Shown piece after piece: positions 40,561-50,800 of a stretch of 64,000 bases of DNA. Origin of the DNA: an uncultured delta proteobacterium. Lineage in GTDB: Bacteria; Myxococcota; UBA727; VGSZ01. The first letter of the stretch is position 1. Every line of letters begins with the position of its first letter. The position numbers were made by a program, and so were the translations under genes. The notes below the pieces were generated by a model. It had not been told where the DNA came from. It did no database searches and was given only the letters and a program-made list of their open reading frames with translations. The stretch covers positions 272,616-336,615 of the forward strand of contig CAVZJB010000009.1 of NCBI GenBank assembly GCA_963775425.1. Reading direction: 5' to 3'.

Positions 40561-41922
40561 ATGAGCAACACGTCGCTGCCCCCCACGTTCCTCGCCGAGA
40601 CCACCGCGCGCCTGCGGGCCGCCAACGAGCCCGTCACCCGTCGCTTCGTCGGCGAGAGCGCCTCACGCCAGCCGGTGCACACGGTCTACGGCGGGGCGCA
40701 GCTCTTCAAGAAGGACGCGGCGTGGAAGCTCGGCCGCGGCGCGCTCAAGGCGCTCGACGAGTACGCGCCCTCGGCGGACGTGTTCGCGCGCGCCGCGGGC
40801 ATCCGCGCCGACGTCGCCGGCGTCGTGTACGAGCGCGTGCGCGAGAAGCTCGTGCGCGAGCCCGTCGAGGACATGCGCATCGACTTCGAGGACGGCTACG
40901 GCAACCGCCCCGACGACGAAGAAGACGCCGAGGCGGTGCGCTGCGCGCACGAGGTGGCCGCCGGCATGAAGGATCCGCGCGCGCCGGGCAGCGGGCTGCC
41001 GCCGTTCATCGGCATTCGCATCAAGACCTTCTCGGACGAGCTGTTCGCGCGCGCGGTGCGCACCCTCGACCTTTTCGTGAGCGCGCTCGTCAAAGACACC
41101 GGCGGTAAGCTGCCGGACGGCTTCGTCATCACGCAGCCGAAGATCACCACGGCCGAGCACGTCGCCGTCCTCGCCGACGTCCTCGAAGCGCTGGAGGAGC
41201 GCCTCGGCCTGTCGTCGGGGGCGTTGCAGCTCGAGGTGATGATCGAGGCGACGCAGTCCATCCTGGACATCGACGGCAGGATCGCCCTGCCCAGGATCCT
41301 CGACGCCGCGCGCGGCCGCTGCGTGGCCGCGCACTTCGGGACCTACGACTACACCGCGTCCAACAACATCACCGCCGCGTACCAGTCCATGGAGCACGCG
41401 GTCTGCGACTTCGCCCGCACCTTCATGTTGCAGGCGTACGCGGGCACGGGCGTGTGGCTCAGCGACGGAGCCACCAACGTGATGCCGGTGCCGGTGCACC
41501 GCGCGGCCGACGGCCACGCGCTCACCGCCGCGCAGGTCGCCGAGAACGTGTCGGTGGTGCACGCGGCGTGGGCGCTGCACGTGCGCCACATCCGCCACTC
41601 GCTGGAAAACGGCTACTACCAGGGCTGGGACCTCCACCCCGCGCAGCTCCCCACGCGCTACGGCGCGCTCTACGCGTTCTTCCTCGAGGCGCTCCCCGCG
41701 GCGAGCGAGCGCCTGAAGAACTTCGTGCAGAAGGCCGCGCAGGCCACGCTCGTGGGCGACGTCTTCGACGACGCCGCCACGGGCCAGGGCCTGTTGAACT
41801 TCTTCCTGCGCGGCATCAACTGCGGCGCCCTCAAGGAGGACGAGGCCCTCGCCACGGGCCTCACCCTCGACGAGCTGCGCGGCCGCAGCTTCGTCAAGAT
41901 CTTGAAGAACCGTCGGGGTTGA
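40561..41922 (+). CDS. HpcH/HpaI aldolase - citrate lyase beta (CitE)-like family protein
   Basis: ATG at 40561. GYYQGWDLHPAQL resembles the CitE/malyl-CoA lyase G..GK..IHP.Q motif. Confidence 0.5.
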   Translation: MSNTSLPPTFLAETTARLRAANEPVTRRFVGESASRQPVHTVYGGAQLFKKDAAWKLGRGALKALDEYAPSADVFARAAGIRADVAGVVYERVREKLVREPVEDMRIDFEDGYGNRPDDEEDAEAVRCAHEVAAGMKDPRAPGSGLPPFIGIRIKTFSDELFARAVRTLDLFVSALVKDTGGKLPDGFVITQPKITTAEHVAVLADVLEALEERLGLSSGALQLEVMIEATQSILDIDGRIALPRILDAARGRCVAAHFGTYDYTASNNITAAYQSMEHAVCDFARTFMLQAYAGTGVWLSDGATNVMPVPVHRAADGHALTAAQVAENVSVVHAAWALHVRHIRHSLENGYYQGWDLHPAQLPTRYGALYAFFLEALPAASERLKNFVQKAAQATLVGDVFDDAATGQGLLNFFLRGINCGALKEDEALATGLTLDELRGRSFVKILKNRRG

Positions 41923-41932
41923 AGGCAGCGGC

Positions 41933-42943
41933 ATGCCCGTCGCCAATCCGGTCCAGTTCGCCGTGGTGCGCGAGGATCCCGTCGTCGAGCTCTCGCTCCT
42001 CGCGGACGTCCGGCGCGGCGCTTCGACCGCGGCGCTGCTCATCGCCTCGGGCGGCTGCACGGCGCTCACGGTCGCGGCGGCGCGCCCCGACGTGGCGCTC
42101 ACGCTGCTCGATGCGAACCCCGCCCAGCTCGCCCTCGTCGAGCGAAAGCGCGCCGCGCTCGCCGCGCACGCGCCGGGGTCGGCCGCGCGGCGGCGCACCT
42201 TCGGCGTCGACGCGGACGACGCGGCGTCCCTGTCGGGGTGCGGCAACTTCGAGTCGCTGTTTCGCGGGCTGCGCGCCGTGCTCGATGACCTGGTGATGCC
42301 GGCGGCCGAGCGGCGCGCGCTCCTCGCGGGCGACGGCGGCGCGGGCGCGCTCACCGGCAACAGGTACTGGCCGGTGGCGTTCGAGATGTTCTTCTCCGAC
42401 GCCATGCTCGAGGCCATGTTCGGGCCCGAGGCCACGCAGCACGCGGACAAGGGCTCGTACCCGGCGTACTTCCGCCGCGTCGTCGAGCGCGCCCTCGCCG
42501 GCGGCGCGGGGGGAGCGCCGGCGCGCGCGAACCCGTATCTTCACCACGTGTTGCTCGGCCACTACCTCGACGGCGCTCTGCCGGCGTTCCTGGAGCGCAT
42601 GACATGCGCGCAGGCGGAGGGCGCGCGCTTCAATCTCGTCGAGGGGAGCGTGACGCGGGGGCCGTCCTTCTCGGCGTTCGACCTCGTGTCGCTGTCGAAC
42701 CTCTTCGACTGGATGAGCGACGACGACGTGGCCGCGACGTGCGCGCGCCTCGCCGCCGAGTCCAAGCCCGGCGCCGTCGTGGTCTTGCGCCAGCTCAACA
42801 ACCGCGCTCCGGTCGAGCGCTTCTTCGGCGACGCGTTCCGCTTCGACGACGCACGCGCCGCGGCGCTCCTCGCCCGCGACCGCAGCATGTTCTACGAGCG
42901 CCTCGTGGTCGGCACGCGGGTCGCCGGCGGGGGTGGCGCATGA
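41933..42943 (+). CDS. DUF3419 (BtaA-like) family protein
   Basis: IASGGCTAL...DANPAQLALVERK resembles the DUF3419 signature. Confidence 0.45.
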   Translation: MPVANPVQFAVVREDPVVELSLLADVRRGASTAALLIASGGCTALTVAAARPDVALTLLDANPAQLALVERKRAALAAHAPGSAARRRTFGVDADDAASLSGCGNFESLFRGLRAVLDDLVMPAAERRALLAGDGGAGALTGNRYWPVAFEMFFSDAMLEAMFGPEATQHADKGSYPAYFRRVVERALAGGAGGAPARANPYLHHVLLGHYLDGALPAFLERMTCAQAEGARFNLVEGSVTRGPSFSAFDLVSLSNLFDWMSDDDVAATCARLAAESKPGAVVVLRQLNNRAPVERFFGDAFRFDDARAAALLARDRSMFYERLVVGTRVAGGGGA

Positions 42944-43689
42944 GCGCGGCGGCGCCCCCGGAGAGCGCGGGTCGCTCGGCTGCCTCGCCGGAGCTCGTGC
43001 GGCTCATCGACGACGTGCTCGCCGACGTCGACTACGCCGAGAACCCCTACTTCACCGCGCTGCGCGACGGGAGCTTTTCGCGCGAGGACTTCCTCGAGAC
43101 GCAGCTCCAATTCCACGCGGCGGTGACGTTCTTCTCGCGGCCCATGGCGGCGCTGGCGGCCAAGATCCCGTCCGCGGAGCTGCGCGTGGAGATCGTGCGC
43201 AACGTGTGGGAGGAGCACGGCGAGGGCGATCCCGCGCGCATGCACGGCGCCACCTTCGTCGAGCTCCTGGCGCGCCTCACCGGCGGCGCCGCCGACGAGG
43301 TGCGGCGGGAGATCGAGCGCCGCCCCCTCTGGCCGGAGGTGCGCGCGTTCAACACCCTCCTCGCCGGCGTCTGCGTGCTCGACGAGTACCTCGTGGGCGT
43401 CGGCTGTATGGGCATCGTCGAGCGGATGTTCGCCGAGATCTCCGGCTGGATCGGAAACGCCATCGTCGCCCGCGGGTTCCTGCCCGCCGACCGGATGATC
43501 CACTACAGCCTTCACGAGTCCCTCGACGTCAAGCACGCGTCCGACTTCTTCGCCGTGCTCGACGCCGCCTGGGGCGCCGCCGACGAGCGCTACCGCATCG
43601 AGCAAGGCCTGCGCATGGGCGCCATCGCGTTCGACCAGCTCTACGCGCGCCTGTACCGCTGCCGCGACCGCCGCTGGGTGCGCCCGTGA
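42940..43689 (+). CDS. Iron-containing redox enzyme family protein (heme-oxygenase-like di-iron, CADD/PqqC-like)
   Basis: ATG at 42940 overlaps the previous stop (ATGA). The NVWEEHGEGDPARMH motif is typical of heme-oxygenase-like di-iron enzymes. Confidence 0.55.
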   Translation: MSAAAPPESAGRSAASPELVRLIDDVLADVDYAENPYFTALRDGSFSREDFLETQLQFHAAVTFFSRPMAALAAKIPSAELRVEIVRNVWEEHGEGDPARMHGATFVELLARLTGGAADEVRREIERRPLWPEVRAFNTLLAGVCVLDEYLVGVGCMGIVERMFAEISGWIGNAIVARGFLPADRMIHYSLHESLDVKHASDFFAVLDAAWGAADERYRIEQGLRMGAIAFDQLYARLYRCRDRRWVRP

Positions 43690-44846
43690 CGCGCCCGCGT
43701 CGTCGACCGCGCGCGGGGCGCCCGCCCACGGGCCGGTGGGCCGCCGCGCCCGTCACCGCCCTCGTCCTCGCCGTCACCGGCGCGCTCGCGGGCTGCCCCG
43801 CGCCGGCGAGCGAGGATCCGTTCGAGCTCGTCATCGCCGCCAAGAAGGCGGCCGCCGACGTGCGCGCCGACGGCGCCCGCGTCGCCTACACCGACGGCCT
43901 GGAGGCGAGCAGCGACGGCCAGGGGGTCGGGGTCGACGTCGTCGTCGCCGAGCGCGGCGAGGAGATCCTGCGCGCGCCGGCCGACGTCGCCGTGCGCGGG
44001 ATGGCGCTCGGCAAGACCTCCGTGGCCACGCTCGAGCTCGCCGAGGCCGCCGCCGTCAATCAGCACGTGGTCATCCGTCCCCTCGACGGCGGCGACGCCA
44101 TCGATGTCCCTCGCACGGACGCGCCCCTCGCCCTCGCCGCCGTCGACGACGGCGCCGGCTACCTCTGGATCGAAGCGCGCCTCGACGGCACCGACGACAC
44201 CGGCGGCGGCGTCGACGGCCTCTATGTGCTCACGCTCGTCGAGGCCGGCGAGGACGGTGTGGTGACCAGGCGCACGCCCTTCGACGCCGGAGAGATCCGC
44301 GCCCCCGCCGCCGTCCTCGAGCTGTTCCCGCGCCCCTTCGGCGTGCTCGTCGCCGGTGACGACGTCTACTTCGGCTGGGACTCCGACCTCTGCCGCGGCG
44401 GCTCCGTGCTCTACCGCGTGAGCCGCGCCGACGGCCACGGCGTCGCGGAGTGGCGCGGGCGCGTCGCCGCCGTCGGCCCCGTCGACGGCACGACGTGCGA
44501 GTGCGACACCACCGTCGCCGACAACGTCACGGACCGCGGCCAGGCCGTCGCGCTGGACGCGGGGACACCGGTGGTGGTGGGCGGTGTCTTCGACTGCGCC
44601 TCCGTGAGCGCGGAGCGCGGCTTCGTGCGTGACGGCGAGGACAGCGCCGAGGTCGAAGACGCGCTCCGCTTCGCGGGCTTCTCGTCGAGCGGCGTCACGG
44701 CCACCACGCCCACGGGAGTGGTGAAGCTCGTCGGCGTCGGCGAGGGCGCCGTCGTGAACGCCCACTCGCGCGTGACCGGCCTCGCGGTGGACGGCGGCGA
44801 CGTGTTCTTCAGCCTCGAGGACGGCGTCTACCGCCTCACGCCGTGA
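43686..44846 (+). CDS. Hypothetical lipoprotein
   Basis: GTG start overlaps the previous stop (GTGA). Signal peptide with lipobox LAGC. Confidence 0.45.
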   Translation: MTRPRRRPRAGRPPTGRWAAAPVTALVLAVTGALAGCPAPASEDPFELVIAAKKAAADVRADGARVAYTDGLEASSDGQGVGVDVVVAERGEEILRAPADVAVRGMALGKTSVATLELAEAAAVNQHVVIRPLDGGDAIDVPRTDAPLALAAVDDGAGYLWIEARLDGTDDTGGGVDGLYVLTLVEAGEDGVVTRRTPFDAGEIRAPAAVLELFPRPFGVLVAGDDVYFGWDSDLCRGGSVLYRVSRADGHGVAEWRGRVAAVGPVDGTTCECDTTVADNVTDRGQAVALDAGTPVVVGGVFDCASVSAERGFVRDGEDSAEVEDALRFAGFSSSGVTATTPTGVVKLVGVGEGAVVNAHSRVTGLAVDGGDVFFSLEDGVYRLTP

Positions 44847-44906
44847 CGCGGCGGTCCGGCCGCCGTTGACCGCGAGCGCCCGGCGCGGTCTCACTGCACC
44901 CAGGGC

Positions 44907-45707
44907 ATGCGCTTCTTCAAGATCACCCGCGAGATCCTGCCGCGCTGGCAGGAGAAGCTCGAGGCGCTCGAGCAACTGAGCGTCTATCCCCTCGGCGCCG
45001 ACGCCTTTCGCCTCACGCACGGCGCGGACTACTTCGCGTTCTTCGAGCGCATGGGCGAGGTCCACTACTACGCGATCGAGGAGGGCGGCGCGCTCGCCGC
45101 GGTCGCTTGCGGCGTGTTGCGGCCGGCGTCGGTGCGGGCGCCGCGTCGCTGGTACGCCGCGGACCTGAAGGTGCACCCGGCCTTTCGTGGGAGACACCTG
45201 CCGATCACGCTGCTCCGCCGCGCGTTCCTCCAAAACTGGCTCCGCTGCGGGCGCGGGTACGCGGTGGCGATGGACCCGTCCGACGGGCGCGTGCCTCCGG
45301 GGGTGCGGCTGATGGCGCACTTCAAGTGGATCCCGATGTCATTGATGGCGCTCGCCAAGATCGACGTCTACGCCGCCGACGAGCACGGGATGAAGCGCGC
45401 CGCGCCGCTCATCGCGCGTGGAGGCGTGCGGCCTCGATACGTATCGCTCGCAGGGGTCAAGGACCTCGTGCTCGAGAGCTCCAAGGCGCCGCTCGATCTT
45501 CTTCACGTGTCGTTTGCGCCCACCGGCGACGACCGGGTCTACGAGGCGCCGCAACGCGGGGCCACGCACATGTGGTGCGTGCCACGTGAGCACGCGCTGG
45601 CCGGCGCGCTCGCCGCCGAGGGCTTCACGCCCACGGCGAGCGCGACGCTCTTGCACCACCGGCTCGCGCGTATGGATTGGGCGACGCTCGAGACCTGCGA
45701 GATCTGA
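44907..45707 (+). CDS. GNAT-like acyltransferase family protein (putative)
   Basis: WYAADLKVHPAFRGRHL resembles the GNAT acyl-CoA binding motif (R/Q-x-x-G-x-G/A). Confidence 0.4.
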   Translation: MRFFKITREILPRWQEKLEALEQLSVYPLGADAFRLTHGADYFAFFERMGEVHYYAIEEGGALAAVACGVLRPASVRAPRRWYAADLKVHPAFRGRHLPITLLRRAFLQNWLRCGRGYAVAMDPSDGRVPPGVRLMAHFKWIPMSLMALAKIDVYAADEHGMKRAAPLIARGGVRPRYVSLAGVKDLVLESSKAPLDLLHVSFAPTGDDRVYEAPQRGATHMWCVPREHALAGALAAEGFTPTASATLLHHRLARMDWATLETCEI

Positions 45708-45709
45708 AC

Positions 45710-47662
45710 GTGTGCGGCATCGTCGCCGTCCTGCGCCTCGGCGAGCGTCCGCTGCCCGGGGACGACGCGGTACGCGCGATGACCCGAGCCATCGCTCACC
45801 GCGGCCCCGACGGCGAAGGCTTCCATCGCGACGACGACGTCGCGCTCGGCGTGGTGCGGCTGGCGGTCGTCGACGTCGGGCACGGGCGGCAGCCGGCGCG
45901 CGGCTGCCGCGGCGCCGGGCCCGTGTCCGTCGTGAACGGCGAGCTCTACGAGCACCGCCCGCTGCGCGCGGAGCTCGCCGCGCGGCACGAGATCGTCGAC
46001 GCGTGCGACGCCACGCTGCTGCCGCATTTGTACGAGGACCACGGCGCCAACATGGTGCTGCACATGCACGGCATGTTCGCCTTTGCGCTGTGGGACCGGC
46101 GCGAGCGCACGCTGCTCCTCGGCCGCGACCGCCTCGGCATCAAACCGCTCTTCTTCGCCGTCACGCCCGACTTCCTCGTTGCTGCGTCGGAGGCAAAGGC
46201 GATCTTCGCCTCCGGCCTCGTCCAGCCGCGCATCGATCGCGACGCCGTCGACGACCTCTTCTCCCTGGGGTACCCGTGCCCGCCGCGCACGATGTTCGCC
46301 GGCGTCACTGCGGTGCCCCCGGGGCACACGGTGACGGCTCGCGCGGGCGGCGGCGCACAGCGAGGCCGCGTCGACGCCGCTCGCCGCTACTGGCGCGCGC
46401 CGCTGTCTCCGCCGGCGCACACCGGCCAACGAGGGTCGCCCGCGGGGTCGGCCGCCGACGTCCACGACGCCCTCGCCGCCGCCTTGCGCACGCACCTCGA
46501 CGCCGACGTCCCCGTGGCCACGTGGCTGTCCGGAGGGCTCGACTCGTCCGCGGTCTCGGCGCTCGCGCGCGAGGCCGCCGGCGCGCCGCTCCCCGCGTTC
46601 GCGCTCACGTTCCCGGGAGACCCCGAGGGGCTCGACGAGAGCGCACCCGCGCGCGCCGTCGCCCGCTTCCTCGGCGCGGACCTGGACGAGGTGCCCATGG
46701 GAGCTCCGGCGGCTTCGTTGCTCGAGCGCATGACGTGGCACCTCGAGCTCCCGCTCCTCGTCCCCGGCGCGCTCGGCGGCCTCCTGCTCTCCGAGCGGCA
46801 GCGCGCGCGAGGCTTCAAGGTCACGCTCACCGGCGACGGTGCCGATGAGGTGCTCGGCGGCTACGACGTGTTTCGCGCGAGCCGCGCGCGCCGGCTCCTC
46901 GGGGCGCGCGCGTTCTCCGCCGCCGTCGTCGCGGGCGACGCGCTCGGCCTCCTCTCGCCGCGCGGCATCGGTGCGTTCCTCGCGCAAAACGCCCGCGCGC
47001 CACGGACGGACATCGTCGCCCGCGCGTACGGCGGCGTGCGCCCACCCTGGCTCGAGCAGTGGGCGCTCCTCGACGTCGAGCGCGCGGCGCTCCTGTCGCC
47101 CGACGGCAGGCGCGTGCGCCCGATCGAAGAGGCGCCCGCGGGCTTCGCCGCTTTGGTGCGCGAGGACGCCGTCGCGCTCGATCCGCTCGACGCCGAGATC
47201 GCGCTGGAGCTGGAGACGCGCCTGCCCGCGTGGATCCTGGTCATCGGTGATCGCTCATCGATGGCCCACGGGGTCGAGGCCCGCTTGCCGTTCCTCGACG
47301 ACGACGTCGTGCGCACGCTCCTCGCCGTCCGGCCGGCGCTGAAGATGCGCGGGATGCGCGAGAAGGCCGTGCTGCGCGACGCCGTCGCGGGGCTGCTGCC
47401 GCGCGCCATCGTGCGGCGCAGGAAGCAGCCGTTCATGACGCCGATCGCGCCGTGGTTCTTCCCGCCGGGAGCTACGCCGCCCGCCCTGACGCGCGCGCGG
47501 CTCGAGGACGCCGGGCTGTTCGACGCCGCCGTCGTCGCGCGGCTCCTCACGCGTCTGCACACCTCGCGCCCCGGGACGCTCGAGCGCGTCCGGCTGGAGA
47601 TGGTGCTGATGCTCGTCCTCGGGACGCAGCTCCTGCACGCGTCTTTCGTGGCCAGGGCTTAG
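45710..47662 (+). CDS. Asparagine synthetase (glutamine-hydrolysing) family amidotransferase / amide- or beta-lactam-synthetase-like
   Basis: GTG start followed by Cys2 (MCGIVAV), as in Ntn glutaminases. PP-loop WLSGGLDSS. ~650 aa. Confidence 0.8.
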   Translation: MCGIVAVLRLGERPLPGDDAVRAMTRAIAHRGPDGEGFHRDDDVALGVVRLAVVDVGHGRQPARGCRGAGPVSVVNGELYEHRPLRAELAARHEIVDACDATLLPHLYEDHGANMVLHMHGMFAFALWDRRERTLLLGRDRLGIKPLFFAVTPDFLVAASEAKAIFASGLVQPRIDRDAVDDLFSLGYPCPPRTMFAGVTAVPPGHTVTARAGGGAQRGRVDAARRYWRAPLSPPAHTGQRGSPAGSAADVHDALAAALRTHLDADVPVATWLSGGLDSSAVSALAREAAGAPLPAFALTFPGDPEGLDESAPARAVARFLGADLDEVPMGAPAASLLERMTWHLELPLLVPGALGGLLLSERQRARGFKVTLTGDGADEVLGGYDVFRASRARRLLGARAFSAAVVAGDALGLLSPRGIGAFLAQNARAPRTDIVARAYGGVRPPWLEQWALLDVERAALLSPDGRRVRPIEEAPAGFAALVREDAVALDPLDAEIALELETRLPAWILVIGDRSSMAHGVEARLPFLDDDVVRTLLAVRPALKMRGMREKAVLRDAVAGLLPRAIVRRRKQPFMTPIAPWFFPPGATPPALTRARLEDAGLFDAAVVARLLTRLHTSRPGTLERVRLEMVLMLVLGTQLLHASFVARA

Positions 47663-47829
47663 GGCCCCCGAATGAACAACTCGATCGCCCTCGCGGCCGA
47701 TCCATCGCCGCTGGCTTCGTTGCTCGTCGGTCACGTGGCGACGGCCACGCTCCCTCCTCGCGCCTCGCCATCGGCGCGCCTCGACCGCGATCATCGACCG
47801 ACTTGTTCATTCGAGGGCCCTTAGCCCTC
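47653..47829. mobile_element. MITE-like palindromic element: ~34-bp imperfect terminal inverted repeats (GGGCCCCCGAATGAACAA / TTGTTCATTCGAGGGCCC) flanking ~100 bp, bounded by TTAG on both sides, lying exactly between two convergent TAG stops
   Basis: Seen in sequence: left arm 47653-47686, right arm 47789-47829; ~30 of 34 positions are complementary. Confidence 0.45.
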
Positions 47830-50800
47830 TAGATCGCGTCGGCCGCGCCGACGTCGGCCTGCGGGGCGGCGGCGAGGGAGCGCGGACGCGCGGGGCGCTT
47901 GTCGACGACCTCGTCGATGAGGCCCGTGATGCACGTGGCCATGCGCTCGATGTTCTCGCTCCGAAACAGCTCGAGGTGCGAGCCCTTCACCGTGACGACG
48001 TCGATGCGACCCTTGACCCAGCGGCGCCAGCCGTTGGTGGGATCGTCCATGCGCGTGGCCGGCCAGCGGAAGGGATGCTCGGCGACAAAGAGCAGGAGCG
48101 GCGCCGTCTCTCCGTTCTGTTTGGGCATGTACGCGAGCTGGGCCTGCGTGAGGATGGCCCAGATCTGCTTCATGCGATCTTCGCGCTCACGGTCGGCGCC
48201 GTCGACGGCGGGCGCGAGCAGCTCGCCGAGGCCGAGCTTGAAGAGCAAGCGGCGGCGCACGTTGTCGATGCGATCCTTCACGTAGTTGAAGCGGCCCAAG
48301 GCGTCACGCCTGCGCAGCTCCTCGACATGCGCGAGCGCGCGCTCCATGCGCGGAAGCTTCTCGGGATAGCCGGGCGCGAAGGCGTCGAACGCGACGATGG
48401 CGCCGACGTTCTTCCCGCGCCGGCGCAGCCGGTGCGCGAGCTCGTAGGCGACCATGGCCCCGAAGCTGTAGCCGCCGACGACGAGCTGCTGCCCCGACAG
48501 CCCGCGCGCGTCGAGCTCGCGCTCGTAGGCCGCGGCGATCTCCTCGACCGACTCGCGTGGCAGGTCTTCGCCGTCGGCGCCGATGGCGGTGAAGGCGTAG
48601 ACGGGTTGATCGGGCCCGAGCCGCTGCGCGAGCTCGCGAAAGATGAACACCTGGCCGCCCGCGCCGGACACGATGAGCAGCGGCGGGCGCGTCCCGTGCG
48701 CGTTCAACACGACGAGGTGGCTCTGCGGCTCGGACGTCGCGCGCTCGCCGTCGCCGAGGCTCTGCGCGAGCGCGGCGATGGTGGGCTTCGCCAGGATGCG
48801 CGACAGCGGGACGTTGATGCCCAGCTCCTTCTTCAGCCGCGACACCACCACGACCGCGAGCAGCGAGTGGCCGCCCATGTCGTCGAAGAAGTCGTCGTGA
48901 ACACCCACCGGCGCGCGCAAGACGTCGCTCCACAGGGCGACGAGCTTCTCCTCGAGCGGGGTGCGCGGTGGGGACAGCGCGCGCCGCTCGAGGACGAGCG
49001 CCGGATCAGGGAGCGCCGCGCGGTCGAGCTTGCCGTTGGAGGTGACCGGCAGGCGGTCGAGCCGCACCAGGGCCGAAGGCACCATGAAGTCCGGCAGCGC
49101 CGCAGCCACCGCCGCCTTCAACGACGGCGCGTCGAAGGGCTGCGCCGCATGGAGCGGCACGACGTACGCCACCACGGCCTTCGCGCCGGAGGCGTCGGGG
49201 CGCGCGACGCACACGACGTCGCGCACGCCGGGCTGCTTGCGCAGCACGGCTTCGATCTCGCCGAGCTCGACGCGGAAGCCGCGCACCTTCACCTGGAAGT
49301 CGGCGCGCCCGAGGAACTCCATGGTGCCGTCGTCCCAGAAGCGCGCGAGGTCGCCCGTCTTGTAGATGCGCTCGCCCGGGAGGAACGGATCGGGGAGGAA
49401 CCGCTCGGCGGTGAGCTCCTCGCGGTTGAGGTAGCCGTCGGCGAGGCAGAGGCCGCCGATGTAGAGGTCGCCGGCGATGCCGGTGGGCGCCGGGCGCATG
49501 TGGCGATCGAGGATGTAGTAGCGGGCGTTGTCGATGGGACGGCCGTAGGGGATGGAGCGCCACGACGGGTCTACGTGGCCGATGCGGTGGAAGTTCGACC
49601 AGATGGCGGCCTCGGTGGCGCCGCCGAACGACACGGGTTCCACACCCTCGAACACCTCGCGCAGGTGGTCGGGCAGCTTGACCGGGATCCAGTCGCCGGA
49701 CATGAGCGCGAGCCGCAGCGTCGACGACGGCGCGCGCGCCGGAAAGAACGGCGCGAGCCGCGCCAGCGCCGGCGGCGCGGAGTCCCAGATGGTGATGCCG
49801 GGCGCGGTGAGCTTCTTCACCAGGAGCTCCGGCTCGCGCAGCGTCTCCACCGAAGCGATCTCGACGACGGCGCCGGCGCCGAGCGCGCCGAAGACGTCGT
49901 AGACGGACAGGTCGAAGCTCGGGGACGTGACGAACAAGAGCTTGTCGCGCGGGCCGACGCTGAAGGTGCGGTTCACCCACTGCAGCGTGTTCGTCACCGC
50001 GCGGTGCGTGAGCACCACGCCCTTGGGCCTGCCGGTGCTGCCCGACGTGTAGATGGCGTAGCTCACGTCCCTCGAGGCGGCGACGCGCGCGGGCCGGGTG
50101 TCGGGAGCGCCCTGCACGTCCGCGCCGTCGACGCCCAGGATGGGGATGCCCGGCGGCGGCGCGCCGTCGCCGTGGCCCCACGGCAGCGACGACGACGTCA
50201 CCACCGCCACCGCTCGCGCGTCTTCGACCATGAAGCGCGCGCGCTCTTCGGGGTAGCCCGGGTCCACGGGCACATATGCCGCACCGGACTTGGCGATGCC
50301 GATCATCGTGGTGACGAGGTCGAAGTTGCGGTCGAGCAGGAACGCCACGTATTGGCCGGGCTTCACCCCGCGGGCGCGCAGCGCGTGGGCGAGGCGGTTG
50401 GCGCGCCGCTCCACCTCGGCGAAGGTGAGCGTCTCTCCCTCGAATTCCAGGGCGACGTCGTCAGGCCGCGCGTCCACCTGCTCCTCGAAGAGCGTGTGGA
50501 TGAGGATCTCGTCTGAAAACGGCGCGGCCGTGTCGTTCCAGCCGAAGACCTGCCGCTTGCGGGTCTCGTCGTCGAGGAGGTCGACGCGCGCGAGGGGCTT
50601 TTCGGGATCCGCCGCGACCTGCGCGCACACCGCGGAGATCTGCTCCACCAGCGCGCGCACGCGGGGCGTGTCGACCGCGCCTTCGTCGACGACGAGCGAC
50701 GCCTGTCCGCCGCTCAGGCGCAGCGCCAGGACCGCGCCCGGCGGGAGGGCCTCGCCGTCGTCGAGCAGGACGGCCACGCACGACAGCGCGCTCGTCTGGA

